Shown here piece by piece: positions 49,712 through 62,295 of a stretch of 64,000 nucleotides of DNA; position 1 is the stretch's first letter, and the number at the start of each line of letters is the position of its first letter. The stretch covers positions 13,195-77,194 of the forward strand of contig JAUZRQ010000040.1 in assembly GCA_030950365.1 (NCBI GenBank), read 5' to 3'. This DNA comes from Candidatus Zhuqueibacterota bacterium. Lineage in GTDB: Bacteria; Zhuqueibacterota; Zhuqueibacteria; Zhuqueibacterales; Geothermadaptataceae. The position numbers were made by a program, and so were the translations under genes. A model generated the notes under the pieces. That model made no database searches. It saw nothing but the letters and a program-made list of their open reading frames with translations, and was not told the DNA's origin.

Positions 49712-50003
49712 GGTAACCTCCTGCAAGGTTATGGGTTCAACACTGAATTGGCTTACCGCGGTCAAGCATTACTTCCGAACCGCTTATATATCAAGAACGG
49801 TGCCAAAAATGAGGAGACGGTGTAGATGATTGAAAAACAAAAGGATAAAGCGATCTGATTTGATGCAAGAGGCTCCCGAAAAGCGTGAGAAATCGCTACA
49901 GATGTAGTGAAAACACCACAGTACGCTTCCAGCACTTCTGGCTATAGGGCGTTTTCCCAGTCAAATACACAGCCCCTAAAGATACCCTGGAGTTGTTGGA
50001 TAC

Positions 50004-50037
50004 AAATAAAAAGGCCGGAGTCCATGGACTCCGGCCT
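50004..50037 (-). terminator. rho-independent terminator of the mla operon
   Basis: Perfect 26-nt palindrome AGGCCGGAGTCCATGGACTCCGGCCT, followed on the minus strand by TTTTTATTT. It lies 26 nt beyond the mlaD stop. Confidence 0.85.
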
Positions 50038-50062
50038 GGGAAAGTTCTCGACGATGAATAGG

Positions 50063-50986
50063 TCAGAACAAGCGAATAATGCTGAGTTGCAGATATTTGC
50101 CCGGATGCTTTTTGATGTCGTTCAAAATCGTTTGCGCTTCATTCAGGGTGGAATTCAGTTTTTCGTACAGTTCCTGGCTCTTGATCGCTTTGCCGACCGT
50201 GCCGTTTTCGTTTTCCACCTCGGCCAGCAACCGGCGGGTCACCGTCAGCACGCTATCGAGATTGGACAGGGTGTAGCGCATTTGCGAGGCCAGCGAGGCC
50301 ACATGGATGGTCGTGCTGTCGATGGCCACCCGGTTGCGCTGCCAGTAGCCGCGCAGTTCGGTCGTAATCGCATCAAAGTTGCGGATCGAGCTCTGCAGTT
50401 CATTCATGTTGCGCCGCAGCCCGTCCTGAATCTGCGCCGAAATGTTGCGCGCGAATTCCAGCGTTTCGGCAAAGTGTTTTTGCGTTTCGCGACTGAACGC
50501 CGAATCCATGGCGGCATTCACTTTGTGCAAAAGGACATTAAGCTGGGCAATCAATTCCGATACCGGTCCGCCCATATCCGCGATGTCGTTGATGTATTCG
50601 CCTTTGATCACATCGCCTTCGCGCAGGGTTTCTTCCGACACACCGGGTTTGAGATCGATGTATTTTTCGCCAATCATGCCAATGCTGCGGATAGCGGCAC
50701 GCGAGTCTTTGGGGAAGGGGATATCGCCGTTGAGCCAGGCCTTGACCCGGACATAGCCGTTGTCCAGCCGCATTTCCCGCACCCGTCCCACCTTCAATCC
50801 GGACACGGTGACCATATCTCCGCGCTCCAGTCCGGTGATGTCCTTAAACACCATGTACACATGAAAACCTTTCTGGCGAACCGGAATTTCGCGCAGAAAA
50901 ATGTAGCCATACACCGAAACCACGATGGCGACGATGATGACCAGGCCAACGATGACCTCGTTGGTAAATTTTCGTTTAGTTGCCAT
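50063..50986 (-). CDS. mlaD: MlaD/MCE-domain protein (ABC lipid-transport substrate-binding component)
   Basis: N-terminal TM NEVIVGLVIIVAIVVSVYGY, then the MCE domain FHVYMVFKDITGLERGDMVTVSGLKVGRVREMRL...IRSIGMIGEKYIDLKPG. Confidence 0.8.
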   Translation of the reverse strand: MATKRKFTNEVIVGLVIIVAIVVSVYGYIFLREIPVRQKGFHVYMVFKDITGLERGDMVTVSGLKVGRVREMRLDNGYVRVKAWLNGDIPFPKDSRAAIRSIGMIGEKYIDLKPGVSEETLREGDVIKGEYINDIADMGGPVSELIAQLNVLLHKVNAAMDSAFSRETQKHFAETLEFARNISAQIQDGLRRNMNELQSSIRNFDAITTELRGYWQRNRVAIDSTTIHVASLASQMRYTLSNLDSVLTVTRRLLAEVENENGTVGKAIKSQELYEKLNSTLNEAQTILNDIKKHPGKYLQLSIIRLF

Positions 50987-51046
50987 TGGAACCTTCCCTC
51001 ACTACCTTATTGGGTCTTTAGCTTCAACAATCGCACCTGCCGATCT

Positions 51047-51805
51047 TTAAGCCGGGTTGGGCAGGTTGAATAGAAGTTCATGCCCCCGTGCGGCTATCAG
51101 GAAACTGCGCACAGTGGGTTCAGAACATTCCAGTAACTCCATTGGAGTGCCGTAAAAGCGAATCGTGCCTTCCAGCATGGCCACCTTGTCGGCAATGCGG
51201 AAGACGCTATGCAAATCGTGGGTGACCACGATGGATGTAATTTGTAATTTTTGGTTGAGTTCAATGATCAGTTGATTGATGGCGTCGGCGCGCGGTGGGT
51301 CCAATCCCGTGGTCGGCTCGTCATACAACAGCACCTTTGGCCGAGTGATGATGGCGCGGGCTATGGCCACGCGCTTTTTCATGCCACCGCTGAGTTCCGA
51401 AGGATACTTGTCCTCCACATTTTTCAGCCCCACCAGCTCCAGCGATTCGATCGTGCGTCGTTCGATTTCCTCTTCGGGATAGTCGAAATGCCGGCGCAGG
51501 CCCATCGACACGTTCTCGCCGATGGTCAGCGAATCGAACAGCGCGGCGCTTTGAAAGACCATACCCATTCGCTTACGCACATCATTGAGCTGCTGTTTCG
51601 ACAATTCTGCAATATTGACGCCGTTGATTAAAATTTTGCCTTCGTCCGGCTTCAAAAGCCCGATCATGTGTTTGAGCAGCACGGATTTGCCGCAACCGCT
51701 GCCACCGATGATCGCTGTGGTCTTGCCCTTTTCGATGTGCAGGCTGACCCCACGCAGCACCGGCTGGTCGTCGAAGCTCTTTTTTACATTGATGATCTTA
51801 ATCAT
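51047..51805 (-). CDS. mlaF: ABC transporter ATP-binding protein (MlaF-like)
   Basis: Walker A GGSGCGKS, signature LSGGMKKRVAIARA, Walker B VLLYDEPTTGLD. Confidence 0.85.
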   Translation of the reverse strand: MIKIINVKKSFDDQPVLRGVSLHIEKGKTTAIIGGSGCGKSVLLKHMIGLLKPDEGKILINGVNIAELSKQQLNDVRKRMGMVFQSAALFDSLTIGENVSMGLRRHFDYPEEEIERRTIESLELVGLKNVEDKYPSELSGGMKKRVAIARAIITRPKVLLYDEPTTGLDPPRADAINQLIIELNQKLQITSIVVTHDLHSVFRIADKVAMLEGTIRFYGTPMELLECSEPTVRSFLIAARGHELLFNLPNPA

Positions 51806-51844
51806 TGCATTCGATCTCTGACCGTTGATCCCAATTCTTTCGGG

Positions 51845-52618
51845 TTACGAAAGTATGATTTTGGCCATGACGTAATCCAGCGTCAGGATCATTAAACAGG
51901 CGATGACTACGGCTTTGGTGGTGGTGCGGCCGACGCCCGCGGCACCCTGCTCGGTATTAAATCCTTGATAGCAGGCAATCATAATGATGGAGAAACCAAA
52001 AATGAACGCCTTGGACAGCGGCAGCGCAAAGTCCTTCCAGGTGGCGTACAATTTGGCGCCTTTGAAAAACTCGAACGTCGTCAATTCGGTGAGGTTAATG
52101 GCGGTCAGCCAGCCCGATACAAACGCAATCAGTGCCGAAAACACCGTGAGCACCGGCATCATAATGAGCCCGGCTAACAGGCGTGGCACCACCAGGTACG
52201 AAACCGGATTAAACGCCATAGCCTCGAGGGCATCAATCTGCTCGGTGACCTTCATGGTGCCGATTTCCGCCGCGATGGACGCGCCCACCCGTCCGGCCAG
52301 CACCAGCGCAATCATGGCCGAGGACAGCTCCTGCATCACCGCCTTTTCTACCACCGTACCGGCAATATACAGCGGAACGGTCTGCGTAAACTGGGTTACG
52401 GCCTGTAATGCGATAACCATCCCCATGAAAATTGAAATGTAAACGACGATCGGCAGCGACATTACGCCGATGTGCATCATTTGCGGAACAACATGGCCAG
52501 AATAGGTGCGGACGTCCGTAATGGAGATGATGGTCTGGTAGACTAACTTGCCGAAACAGCCCACATGATACAGAAAATTGTATGTCGTATAGGTGATAAA
52601 CCTGGGAATTCTTAACAT
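51845..52618 (-). CDS. mlaE: ABC transporter permease (MlaE-like)
   Basis: 257-aa polytopic protein of the MlaE/YrbE type (GRVGASIAAEIGTMKVTEQIDALEAMA). Confidence 0.85.
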   Translation of the reverse strand: MLRIPRFITYTTYNFLYHVGCFGKLVYQTIISITDVRTYSGHVVPQMMHIGVMSLPIVVYISIFMGMVIALQAVTQFTQTVPLYIAGTVVEKAVMQELSSAMIALVLAGRVGASIAAEIGTMKVTEQIDALEAMAFNPVSYLVVPRLLAGLIMMPVLTVFSALIAFVSGWLTAINLTELTTFEFFKGAKLYATWKDFALPLSKAFIFGFSIIMIACYQGFNTEQGAAGVGRTTTKAVVIACLMILTLDYVMAKIILS

Positions 52619-52891
52619 GGTTTCTATTAGCTAGCATTTCTCTATGGTTCGCCGGCATCCGACCGGAATACACACGCAGATCGACATTTGCATAGTGTAA
52701 CATCCAAAGCTAACTAAAATATAGACAATCTGTATGTTTTGCAAGTAAAAATTCGTACAAAGAAATATTTTTTAAGTTTTTTTAATAATCGTCGTGTCTG
52801 GCATGATATTTTAGCCTTTTTCATTTGCCATTTAGGAACTTCCCTTTTTATATTCAAACCTTACAATCGTCAATCTATTTCGGAGCACGCT

Positions 52892-53803
52892 ATGCCGTTG
52901 CAGATTTATGACGAACACGTTCATCTGCGTCCGCATCAGGAACCGCTTCCCGCGCATCGACTGCAGCCCATGATAGACGCCGCCCGCGAACAGGGCGTGA
53001 TTCTTGGCGTGCGCGAACACGCGCCACTGCCGGAAAAATATCAGGTCGGGCCCAACCGTGATTACTTTTTTGCCATGTCGCCGGATGAGCTCGATGGCTT
53101 TTTGTTGCAGTTTCACGGCACTGATGTGGCCTTCGGCCTCGAAGTCGATTATTTCCCGGACGCCTTCGACGAAATCCGGCAGACGGTTGAGGCCATTCTC
53201 GACCGCGCGCGCAGCATGGGACTGGTCATCGGTGGTCTGCACGGCTCGGTGCATCTCCTACCCGGCGAGATTGACGACATTCCCGGCAAGCCGCCGGGTC
53301 TGGGCGTGGTGATGTGGGACGACACCCGGGAGCATTTCGAACAGCTCATCGAAGCGCGCGGGCTGCCGGCGATCATCGAGGACTACCACGATTGGCTCAT
53401 CGGGCTGATCCGCACAGGCTTTTTCCAGACCCTGAGCCACATCGACCTGCTACGCAAGTTCGACCGTGCGGATGAGCGTGGGCGCAGTGTGTATTTCGCC
53501 GATTACGAAAACCTGTACGAAGAATCCATGTTCGACGTTCTGGCCGCCGCGGCGGAGTGCGATATGGCCGTTGAGCTGAACACCCAGGGCCTCGACCGGC
53601 CGTACGGCCGTCCGTTTCTATCGCAAAAGGCGCTGGTCTATTGCCGTCAGAAACAGATTCCGGTGGCGTTTGGCTCCGATGCCCACCGCCCGGCTGAAAT
53701 CGGACGGCATTTCGAAACCGCCGCGCAGATGTTCGCCGAAGCCGGCATCGAACGGCTGGTGTATTTCCGGGATCTTCGACCTCATTACTGGACGTATGCC
53801 TGA
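52892..53803 (+). CDS. PHP-domain phosphoesterase (HisJ-family histidinol-phosphatase-like)
   Basis: ORF 52739.. trimmed to MPLQIYDEHVHLRPH (DxHxH-type start). Also LHGSVHLL, SHIDLL and FGSDAHRPAEIG metal-ligand motifs. Confidence 0.6.
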   Translation: MPLQIYDEHVHLRPHQEPLPAHRLQPMIDAAREQGVILGVREHAPLPEKYQVGPNRDYFFAMSPDELDGFLLQFHGTDVAFGLEVDYFPDAFDEIRQTVEAILDRARSMGLVIGGLHGSVHLLPGEIDDIPGKPPGLGVVMWDDTREHFEQLIEARGLPAIIEDYHDWLIGLIRTGFFQTLSHIDLLRKFDRADERGRSVYFADYENLYEESMFDVLAAAAECDMAVELNTQGLDRPYGRPFLSQKALVYCRQKQIPVAFGSDAHRPAEIGRHFETAAQMFAEAGIERLVYFRDLRPHYWTYA

Positions 53804-53805
53804 GC

Positions 53806-54900
53806 ATGAAATTAATCCGCTGGACAGGGCTGTGCGCAGCGGCTGCCGTGCTGCTAGGTGCGTCGATGGTGAGGGCGCATCAGATGTACACCTGCTATAC
53901 CGGCATCACCATGCGCGGGGATACGCTGCATCTCGAGTTGATTTTCGATACCACCGATCTGCAGCGGGTGTTCGGTCTGGCCGGGGCCGACTCGCAGGCC
54001 ATTGCCGCGGGCGCATGGGCACAGGATTTTGTGCGCATGATCGACTATATGCAATCCCGGATCGAAGTGCGCGTGGATTATTTGCCACTGCAGATGGGCT
54101 TTATCGACCATGCCGTTTCCCGCGATGGGCAGGGCAATGTGTTCGTGCACTTCCGGTTCCGTTCGCCGCCACTAAAAAATGCCACAGCCCTTAACGCAAA
54201 GTTTCTCTTCTTCGACGATTTCGGGGAGCGCTTCAAGAACCTCATCAAAGTCGTTCACGGCGAACAGTTGCATCAATACGTGACCTTTGCCGATCTGCCG
54301 ACCATCCGGCTGCAGCTCGGCGACGAGGTCGATCTTGGCCGGCAAATTGTCACGTTCATCCGGCTCGGCATCGAGCATATTTTCATCGGCATCGATCACA
54401 TCCTGTTCCTATTTGGATTGCTGGTGCTGGGCGGGCGTTTCTGGCATCTGGTGAAAATTGTCACCTCTTTCACGGTGGCGCACAGCCTGACTTTGATCCT
54501 GGCGGCGCTGGGTTGGGTAAATCTGCCAGTGAAGCTGGTGGAATCGGCCATTGCACTGAGCATCGCTTATGTGGCCGCGGAGAATTTTATCGCCAAATCC
54601 ATCGACCGCCGCTGGCTGCTCACCGGCTTTTTCGGGCTGGTTCACGGATTCGGTTTCGCCAATGTGCTGCAGGAGCTCGGGCTGCCGTCGCGCGGACTCG
54701 TGTCGTCGCTGCTGGCGTTCAATCTGGGTGTGGAGCTGGGGCAGGTGGTGATCGTGGCGCTGTTTCTGCCAATGCTGTGGTTCATCAACCGATCGGCGCA
54801 CCGCACTGCATTCGTCTGGACGACCTCGGCGATCATTTTTTTGTTTGGCATAACCTGGTTTCTGGAGCGCGCATTCAATCTTCCAGTGGCTATCATTTAG
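53806..54900 (+). CDS. HupE/UreJ-family membrane protein with N-terminal periplasmic domain
   Basis: Signal peptide. IEHIFIGIDHILFLFGLLVLG, TVAHSLTLILAALG and GLVHGFGFANVL are motifs typical of the HupE/UreJ_2 family. Confidence 0.6.
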   Translation: MKLIRWTGLCAAAAVLLGASMVRAHQMYTCYTGITMRGDTLHLELIFDTTDLQRVFGLAGADSQAIAAGAWAQDFVRMIDYMQSRIEVRVDYLPLQMGFIDHAVSRDGQGNVFVHFRFRSPPLKNATALNAKFLFFDDFGERFKNLIKVVHGEQLHQYVTFADLPTIRLQLGDEVDLGRQIVTFIRLGIEHIFIGIDHILFLFGLLVLGGRFWHLVKIVTSFTVAHSLTLILAALGWVNLPVKLVESAIALSIAYVAAENFIAKSIDRRWLLTGFFGLVHGFGFANVLQELGLPSRGLVSSLLAFNLGVELGQVVIVALFLPMLWFINRSAHRTAFVWTTSAIIFLFGITWFLERAFNLPVAII

Positions 54901-54911
54901 GTTGAAATTCC

Positions 54912-55715
54912 ATGCTGAATCACAACGAATTCCGTCGCCGTTTGCAGGCCATCAAATGTTTCAGTCTCGACCTGGATGGCACATTTTATCTGGGCGACAC
55001 CCTGTTTGACTTTTCCATCCCGTTTCTGCATCATCTGGAGCAGACCGGCCGGTCGTATCTGTTTACCACCAACAATTCGTCGCTATCGCCGCGGGAGTAT
55101 GTGCAAAAATTTGCACGCATGGGTCTCGAGGTGCCCGTGGAACGCATCTACACCTCGGCCGATGCCACGGCCGAGTATCTGCTCAATCACGGTCCCGGGC
55201 ACCGGCTGTTTGTGCTGGGCACCGAGCCGCTGATCCGGTTCTTTGAGCGCAAGGGCTTCATAATGGAACCGGATTCGCCGGACGCGTTGGTGTTGGGTTT
55301 CGATCTCGATTTCGATTACAGCCGACTGCGCCATGCCGCGCGGCTGCTGCACCGGGGCGTGCCGTTTTACGCCACGCATCCGGACTTGACCTGCCCGGCG
55401 GAAAACGACGAGTGGATGCCGGATTGTGGATCGCTGTCCATGGCGCTCACCGCGGCCTCCGGCGTGCAGCCAATGTTTCTCGGCAAACCGTACCGACCGA
55501 TGGTGGAAGGTATGCTGCGGCGTGCGGGGGTGGGGCGCGAGGAGTTGGCGGTGGTCGGCGATCGGCTGCAAACGGACATCCGCACCGGCCGGGATAACGG
55601 CTTGCTATCCATCCTGGTGCTCACCGGCGAGACCCGTCCGGAAGACCTGGAAAAATCAGACGTGCAGCCGGATTTCGTGGTCACCTCGCTGGGCGAGTTG
55701 ATGGAATTTCTGTGA
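54912..55715 (+). CDS. HAD-IIA family hydrolase (NagD-like sugar phosphatase)
   Basis: FSLDLDGTFYLG (DxDGT), TNNSS, KPYRPM, GDRLQTDIRTG. Confidence 0.8.
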   Translation: MLNHNEFRRRLQAIKCFSLDLDGTFYLGDTLFDFSIPFLHHLEQTGRSYLFTTNNSSLSPREYVQKFARMGLEVPVERIYTSADATAEYLLNHGPGHRLFVLGTEPLIRFFERKGFIMEPDSPDALVLGFDLDFDYSRLRHAARLLHRGVPFYATHPDLTCPAENDEWMPDCGSLSMALTAASGVQPMFLGKPYRPMVEGMLRRAGVGREELAVVGDRLQTDIRTGRDNGLLSILVLTGETRPEDLEKSDVQPDFVVTSLGELMEFL

Positions 55716-55769
55716 CGACCTGGTGAAGGTTTTCAAAAGTAGCCCGCGCCCCGTGTGAGCCCGGAGCTG

Positions 55770-55815
55770 AAAAATTTTTTTCACCACAAAGCCACAAGAA
55801 CACGAAGGAAACCAC
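55770..55815 (+). repeat. CACRAAG heptamer-array repeat
   Basis: gaaaaatttttttcaccacaaagccacaagaacacgaaggaaacc. Confidence 0.7.
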
Positions 55816-55908
55816 GGTTCCAACCACCGATCCTACACCGTCTCTGACGGTGTATGGTTGACCAGATAACCGCTTGATGTGGACTTCCATTGGATGTTCA
55901 TGGCCGTA

Positions 55909-55950
55909 AAATTTTTTAACCACAAAGGCCACGAAGCACGCGAAGAAAAA
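55909..55950 (+). repeat. CACRAAG heptamer-array repeat (second copy, about 140 nt downstream)
   Basis: aaaattttttaaccacaaaggccacgaagcacgcgaagaaaaa. Confidence 0.7.
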
Positions 55951-56111
55951 CAACGCACCAGCAATCATTCTGAACCAGTCGCAACGCGGCAAAACAAATA
56001 CAGACCAGGACAACGCCCTGGCATGGCAGGCCACACCATTTCATCCACCCTGAAAGGGCCGGATCATTCGACTCAGGGCGAAATCACAACAGTGTAACCG
56101 AGGACCACATT

Positions 56112-57440
56112 ATGATCGGCTGGAACAAAAGCTGGTGGCTGGAAACCCTGCCCGGACCGATCACGCCCAACCCGGCGCCAGAAGGCACGGTCAAAACCGA
56201 CGTGGCGGTGATCGGCGGCGGTTTCACCGGACTGAGCACGGCGTATCATCTCAAAAAGCTCGATCCCGGGCTCGAGGTGCGGCTACTGGAGAGCCATATC
56301 TGCGGCTACGGCGCCAGCGGCCGTAACGGCGGCTTCTCCATGACCCTGTTCGGCCTGACCAAGGGCATCACACGCTTCCGGTTCGGCGACGTCAAAGCCC
56401 GGACGGCGCATGCCTATATGGAGCAGGCGGTGGATTACCTGCACCAACTCGTGCAGGAGCACCAGCTCGACTCCGATTATGAGGCCACTGGCTACCTGCT
56501 GGTGGCCACCAGCAAAGCCCAGGAAAAACGGCTGGAACACGATTTCAAACTGGCGGAACAATGGCAGCTCGAAGGCATCGAGCGCTGGGATCGCGCGCGG
56601 CTGAGGCAGGAATTCAATGCCGATCTGTACCGCCTGGGCTGGTTCGAACGGCGCTGCGGCCTCCTCAATCCGGCCAAACAGGCCCGCGCCATGAAGGCGC
56701 TGGCCGAGCGCGAGGGAGCGATCATTCACGAGCAATCGCCGGTGACTCGCATCCGGCGCGGTGCAGATCGGCGGTTCCTGATCAAAACCCCGGAAGGCGA
56801 AGTGCAGGCCGAATATCTCGTACTCGCCACCAATGCCTATTCCATCGCTTTCCCGGAGCTGCGGTCGAAGCAAACGCCGGTGTTCACGCATATCGTGCTC
56901 ACCGAGCCGCTGACCGACGAGCAGATGCAGGCCATCGGCTGGCAGAACCGCGCCGGCGTGGAAGATGCCCGCAATTTCATCCACTACTACCGGCTGACCC
57001 GCGACAACCGCATCGTCATGGGCGGCGGCGATGTGACTCTCACCTACGGCACCAATTTGAACCGAGACCTGAACGAGCGCACGTTCCGGCATCTGGAGCA
57101 ACACATTACCGAGATTTTTCCGCAGCTCCGCGGCATTCGCATCACGCACCGGTGGGGCGGTCCGGTGTCCATTACCACCGACATGGCGCCGGTCATCGGG
57201 TTTCTCGGCGCCGACCGCCGGGCGGTGTTTTCCGTTGGCTGCATCGGCCACGGCGTGTCGATGACGCATTTGAACGGCCTTACCATTGCGGAGCTGATTT
57301 GCGGCAAGAAAACTGAGCGCACGGAGCTGTTTTTCGTCGGACGTAAGGTGATCCCCTGGCCGCCCGAGCCGATCCGCTTTGCGATCGGCCATCTCATTCG
57401 CGGTTACATGCGCCTGGAAGACCGGTTGCTGTACAAATGA
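56112..57440 (+). CDS. FAD-dependent oxidoreductase (DAO family)
   Basis: Dinucleotide-binding DVAVIGGGFTGLSTAYHL plus GASGRNGG. Length and layout resemble glycine/D-amino-acid or gamma-glutamylputrescine oxidase-type enzymes. Confidence 0.8.
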   Translation: MIGWNKSWWLETLPGPITPNPAPEGTVKTDVAVIGGGFTGLSTAYHLKKLDPGLEVRLLESHICGYGASGRNGGFSMTLFGLTKGITRFRFGDVKARTAHAYMEQAVDYLHQLVQEHQLDSDYEATGYLLVATSKAQEKRLEHDFKLAEQWQLEGIERWDRARLRQEFNADLYRLGWFERRCGLLNPAKQARAMKALAEREGAIIHEQSPVTRIRRGADRRFLIKTPEGEVQAEYLVLATNAYSIAFPELRSKQTPVFTHIVLTEPLTDEQMQAIGWQNRAGVEDARNFIHYYRLTRDNRIVMGGGDVTLTYGTNLNRDLNERTFRHLEQHITEIFPQLRGIRITHRWGGPVSITTDMAPVIGFLGADRRAVFSVGCIGHGVSMTHLNGLTIAELICGKKTERTELFFVGRKVIPWPPEPIRFAIGHLIRGYMRLEDRLLYK

Positions 57441-57515
57441 TGCAAACCATCCTAAGCGCCAGGCTTCTTAAAGGTGTCTGGCGTTTCAACGGAAGATTGA
57501 AAAAACGGAAATCTC

Positions 57516-58601
57516 ATGCCAGAAAAACAGACATCCGAGCCGCGCTCCGAATGGCATACTCCTGAGCCGCCGCTATACTTGCAGGAATGCGTGGACATCG
57601 GCGCCGATACAGGGACCGGCAATTTGCTGGGAATCCAGCCGGTGATGACCGTGGACGATTATCACCGGCTCGAGTATTTCGAGCACAAACTCGGTGGCTA
57701 CCTGGATGAAGCGGCCCGCCGCGGATGGATCAGCGACAAAACGGTGGTCGTGTTCCCGGAGTATATTGGTACGTGGTTGGTGGCCCTGGATGCGCCGCAA
57801 CGTGTTCTGCGCGCGCGTTCCCTGACCGTTGCCATGCTGCACCTGATTTTGCGCCGGCCGGCCGGTTTTGCACAACAGCTTTTTCACGCTCGCAGCAGGG
57901 ATCGCATCAAAGACGCGCTGTTTCGCATGCACGCCGATCGCATCGCCGATGCCTATCAGCAGGCGTTTTCGCGTCTGGCGAGCCGCTTTGGCGTCACCGT
58001 GGTGGCTGGCTCCGTGCTGATGCCCGGGCCGACAGTCGAGCAGGGCATGCTGCGGACGGGCGACGGACCGCTGTACAACATGGGCGCGGTGTTTCATCCG
58101 GATGGCCGGCTGGATGAACGCCTGATCAAAAAAGTGCATCCGATTCCTCTGGAAGAACCCTACACCTGCGCCGCGGATCCGGCCGAACTGCCGCACTTCG
58201 ACACCCCGGCAGGGCGTATGGGCGTGCTCATTTGCGCGGATTCCTGGTATCCCGACACCTACGCGGCGCTGCGGTCTCAGGGCGTGCGGTTTGTGGTGGT
58301 GCCGTCGTATCTGGTGCCGGCGGGCATCTGGGAGAGTCCCTGGCGCGGCTATGGCCGCGACCGCACACCGGACGATGTGGATCTCCGCGATCTCAAAACC
58401 ATTACGGAAAAAGAGGCATGGTTGAAATATGCGCTGGCCGGACGGGTGGGCCTGGCCGGCTGCCTCGCCGGCATCAATGTGTTTCTGCGTGGCACTCTAT
58501 GGGATTTTGATTCGGATGGCAGTTCAATAGCAGTGTGGGAGGGTGGGCATTACCTGAGCCGCACCACGGATGCGGCGGCGCTGTTGAATCTCTGGTTGTG
58601 A
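57516..58601 (+). CDS. carbon-nitrogen hydrolase (nitrilase superfamily) protein
   Basis: Candidate E-K-C triad contexts VVVFPEY, KKVHPIP and VLICADSWYP. Confidence 0.7.
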   Translation: MPEKQTSEPRSEWHTPEPPLYLQECVDIGADTGTGNLLGIQPVMTVDDYHRLEYFEHKLGGYLDEAARRGWISDKTVVVFPEYIGTWLVALDAPQRVLRARSLTVAMLHLILRRPAGFAQQLFHARSRDRIKDALFRMHADRIADAYQQAFSRLASRFGVTVVAGSVLMPGPTVEQGMLRTGDGPLYNMGAVFHPDGRLDERLIKKVHPIPLEEPYTCAADPAELPHFDTPAGRMGVLICADSWYPDTYAALRSQGVRFVVVPSYLVPAGIWESPWRGYGRDRTPDDVDLRDLKTITEKEAWLKYALAGRVGLAGCLAGINVFLRGTLWDFDSDGSSIAVWEGGHYLSRTTDAAALLNLWL

Positions 58602-58603
58602 GG

Positions 58604-58644
58604 AAAAAAGAAACCAGGCCTCTTATAAAGAAGCCTGGTTTTTT
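58604..58644. terminator. bidirectional rho-independent terminator between convergent genes
   Basis: AAAAAAG-AAACCAGGC-(13-nt loop)-GCCTGGTTT-TTT. It has an A-tract on one side and a T-tract on the other, and sits between the stops at 58601 (+) and 58678 (-). Confidence 0.8.
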
Positions 58645-58677
58645 AGTATCGTACGATGCCAATTCCCCGGGCGAGGA

Positions 58678-61263
<2,586 letters not shown>

Positions 61264-61301
61264 GATCGTCATCCTCAAACGTTAATCCATGATGTTTCAA
61301 T

Positions 61302-61607
61302 CTATTCTTGCGGGGGGTCTTTTTCTTTGGACTTTACCTCGGTCAGGGGCTCGAGATTTTGCTTGATGGTCATAAAGCGGCGGAAGCCGGTGTATAGCAC
61401 CAGGGCGGCCACCGGCACAAAACCCCAGCCGATCCAGTACAGCACGCGTGCCGGGTAAAAATGAATGAAGGATACGCCAGCGATAAATAAGGTCAGCGCT
61501 GTACGCGCATAAGCCAACAGGGTGCGCTCATTGGCCAGCACCGTCCGATCGACGGCCAGCAGGTCTCGTAGAATCAGGTCCTGTTTTCGGAATTTTTTGT
61601 AGTACAT
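61302..61607 (-). CDS. DUF202 (YidH-like) small membrane protein
   Basis: LAVDRTVLANERTLLAYARTALTLFIAGVSFIHF plus a second TM. Start taken at Met6. Confidence 0.7.
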   Translation of the reverse strand: MYYKKFRKQDLILRDLLAVDRTVLANERTLLAYARTALTLFIAGVSFIHFYPARVLYWIGWGFVPVAALVLYTGFRRFMTIKQNLEPLTEVKSKEKDPPQE

Positions 61608-62159
61608 GTATGACCGCTCCAAACTACCGGGTTCGTGTGAAAGGTTCCTGTTGATATTAGGCGCTCACGGAATGCGCCTGGCTCACAGAGGGATGAACAA
61701 TTTGCAAATGTCTCTGCCATCTCGGCGCCCGTGACAGGCGGTGCATCCGCCAGCAGCGTGACTGCGCTGGCGGATGAGGGCGTCAAAAGTTCCGTTCAGC
61801 TTTAGCCGGGCACTTCAATGCAGCAATCAATCAGTCCGTTGCCGGCTATGACGAATCCGCTCCATTGGCCGGACGGGCTTATTCATTCCTGCAACGGTGC
61901 GGAAATAGGCCTCGCGGAGCTCCAGCCTGGCACCGCTGAACATGCCGCAAATGCATGATTGAAATTGATTAATTTAAAAAAAATATGCCGCGGAACCAAT
62001 ATTTATTATGAAAATTTTATGGATTTATTGGAATGCTGTCTGCCGCTGATCGCGCCCGGTTGGCATTTTGGGGAGTGACTGCTGAAAAGCGGCTGTGTCT
62101 CTGGCTTCTATTTTTCGTATTTCACATGAGAATAGGCCCATTTTGTCAATGCAGCTTAT

Positions 62160-62190
62160 CCTCCTTCCCAAGTTAAACTTGGGAAGGAGG
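62160..62190. other. perfect 13-bp stem hairpin followed by a purine-rich GGAGG tract
   Basis: CCTCCTTCCCAAG-ttaaa-CTTGGGAAGGAGG, then aaagagaaaaggaggaaggag. Confidence 0.6.
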
Positions 62191-62218
62191 AAAGAGAAAA
62201 GGAGGAAGGAGCTAAATC

Positions 62219-62295
62219 CACGTCCATCCGCTTTATCCGTGTTCTATGCCATGGAACCCTCTGCGAACCCGACGTCTCTGCGAGAGACTTTTGAT
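62219..62295 (+). repeat. composite intergenic repeat (same family as 11681-11790 and 48032-48126)
   Basis: cacgtccatccgctttatccgtgttc, then a 14-nt spacer, then ccctctgcgaacccgacgtctctgcgagagacttttgat. Confidence 0.8.

Noticed and set aside
55681-56097. ORFs of 117 aa (minus strand) and 72 aa (plus strand) between the HAD and FAD-oxidoreductase genes
   Set aside because: They are built largely from the CACRAAG repeat arrays and T/A tracts. Neither has an RBS or a domain pattern.
61890-61920. TGGCAC motif (cctggcaccgctgaacatgcc) as a sigma-54 promoter
   Set aside because: There is no TTGC or GC element at the required 12-nt offset from the GG.
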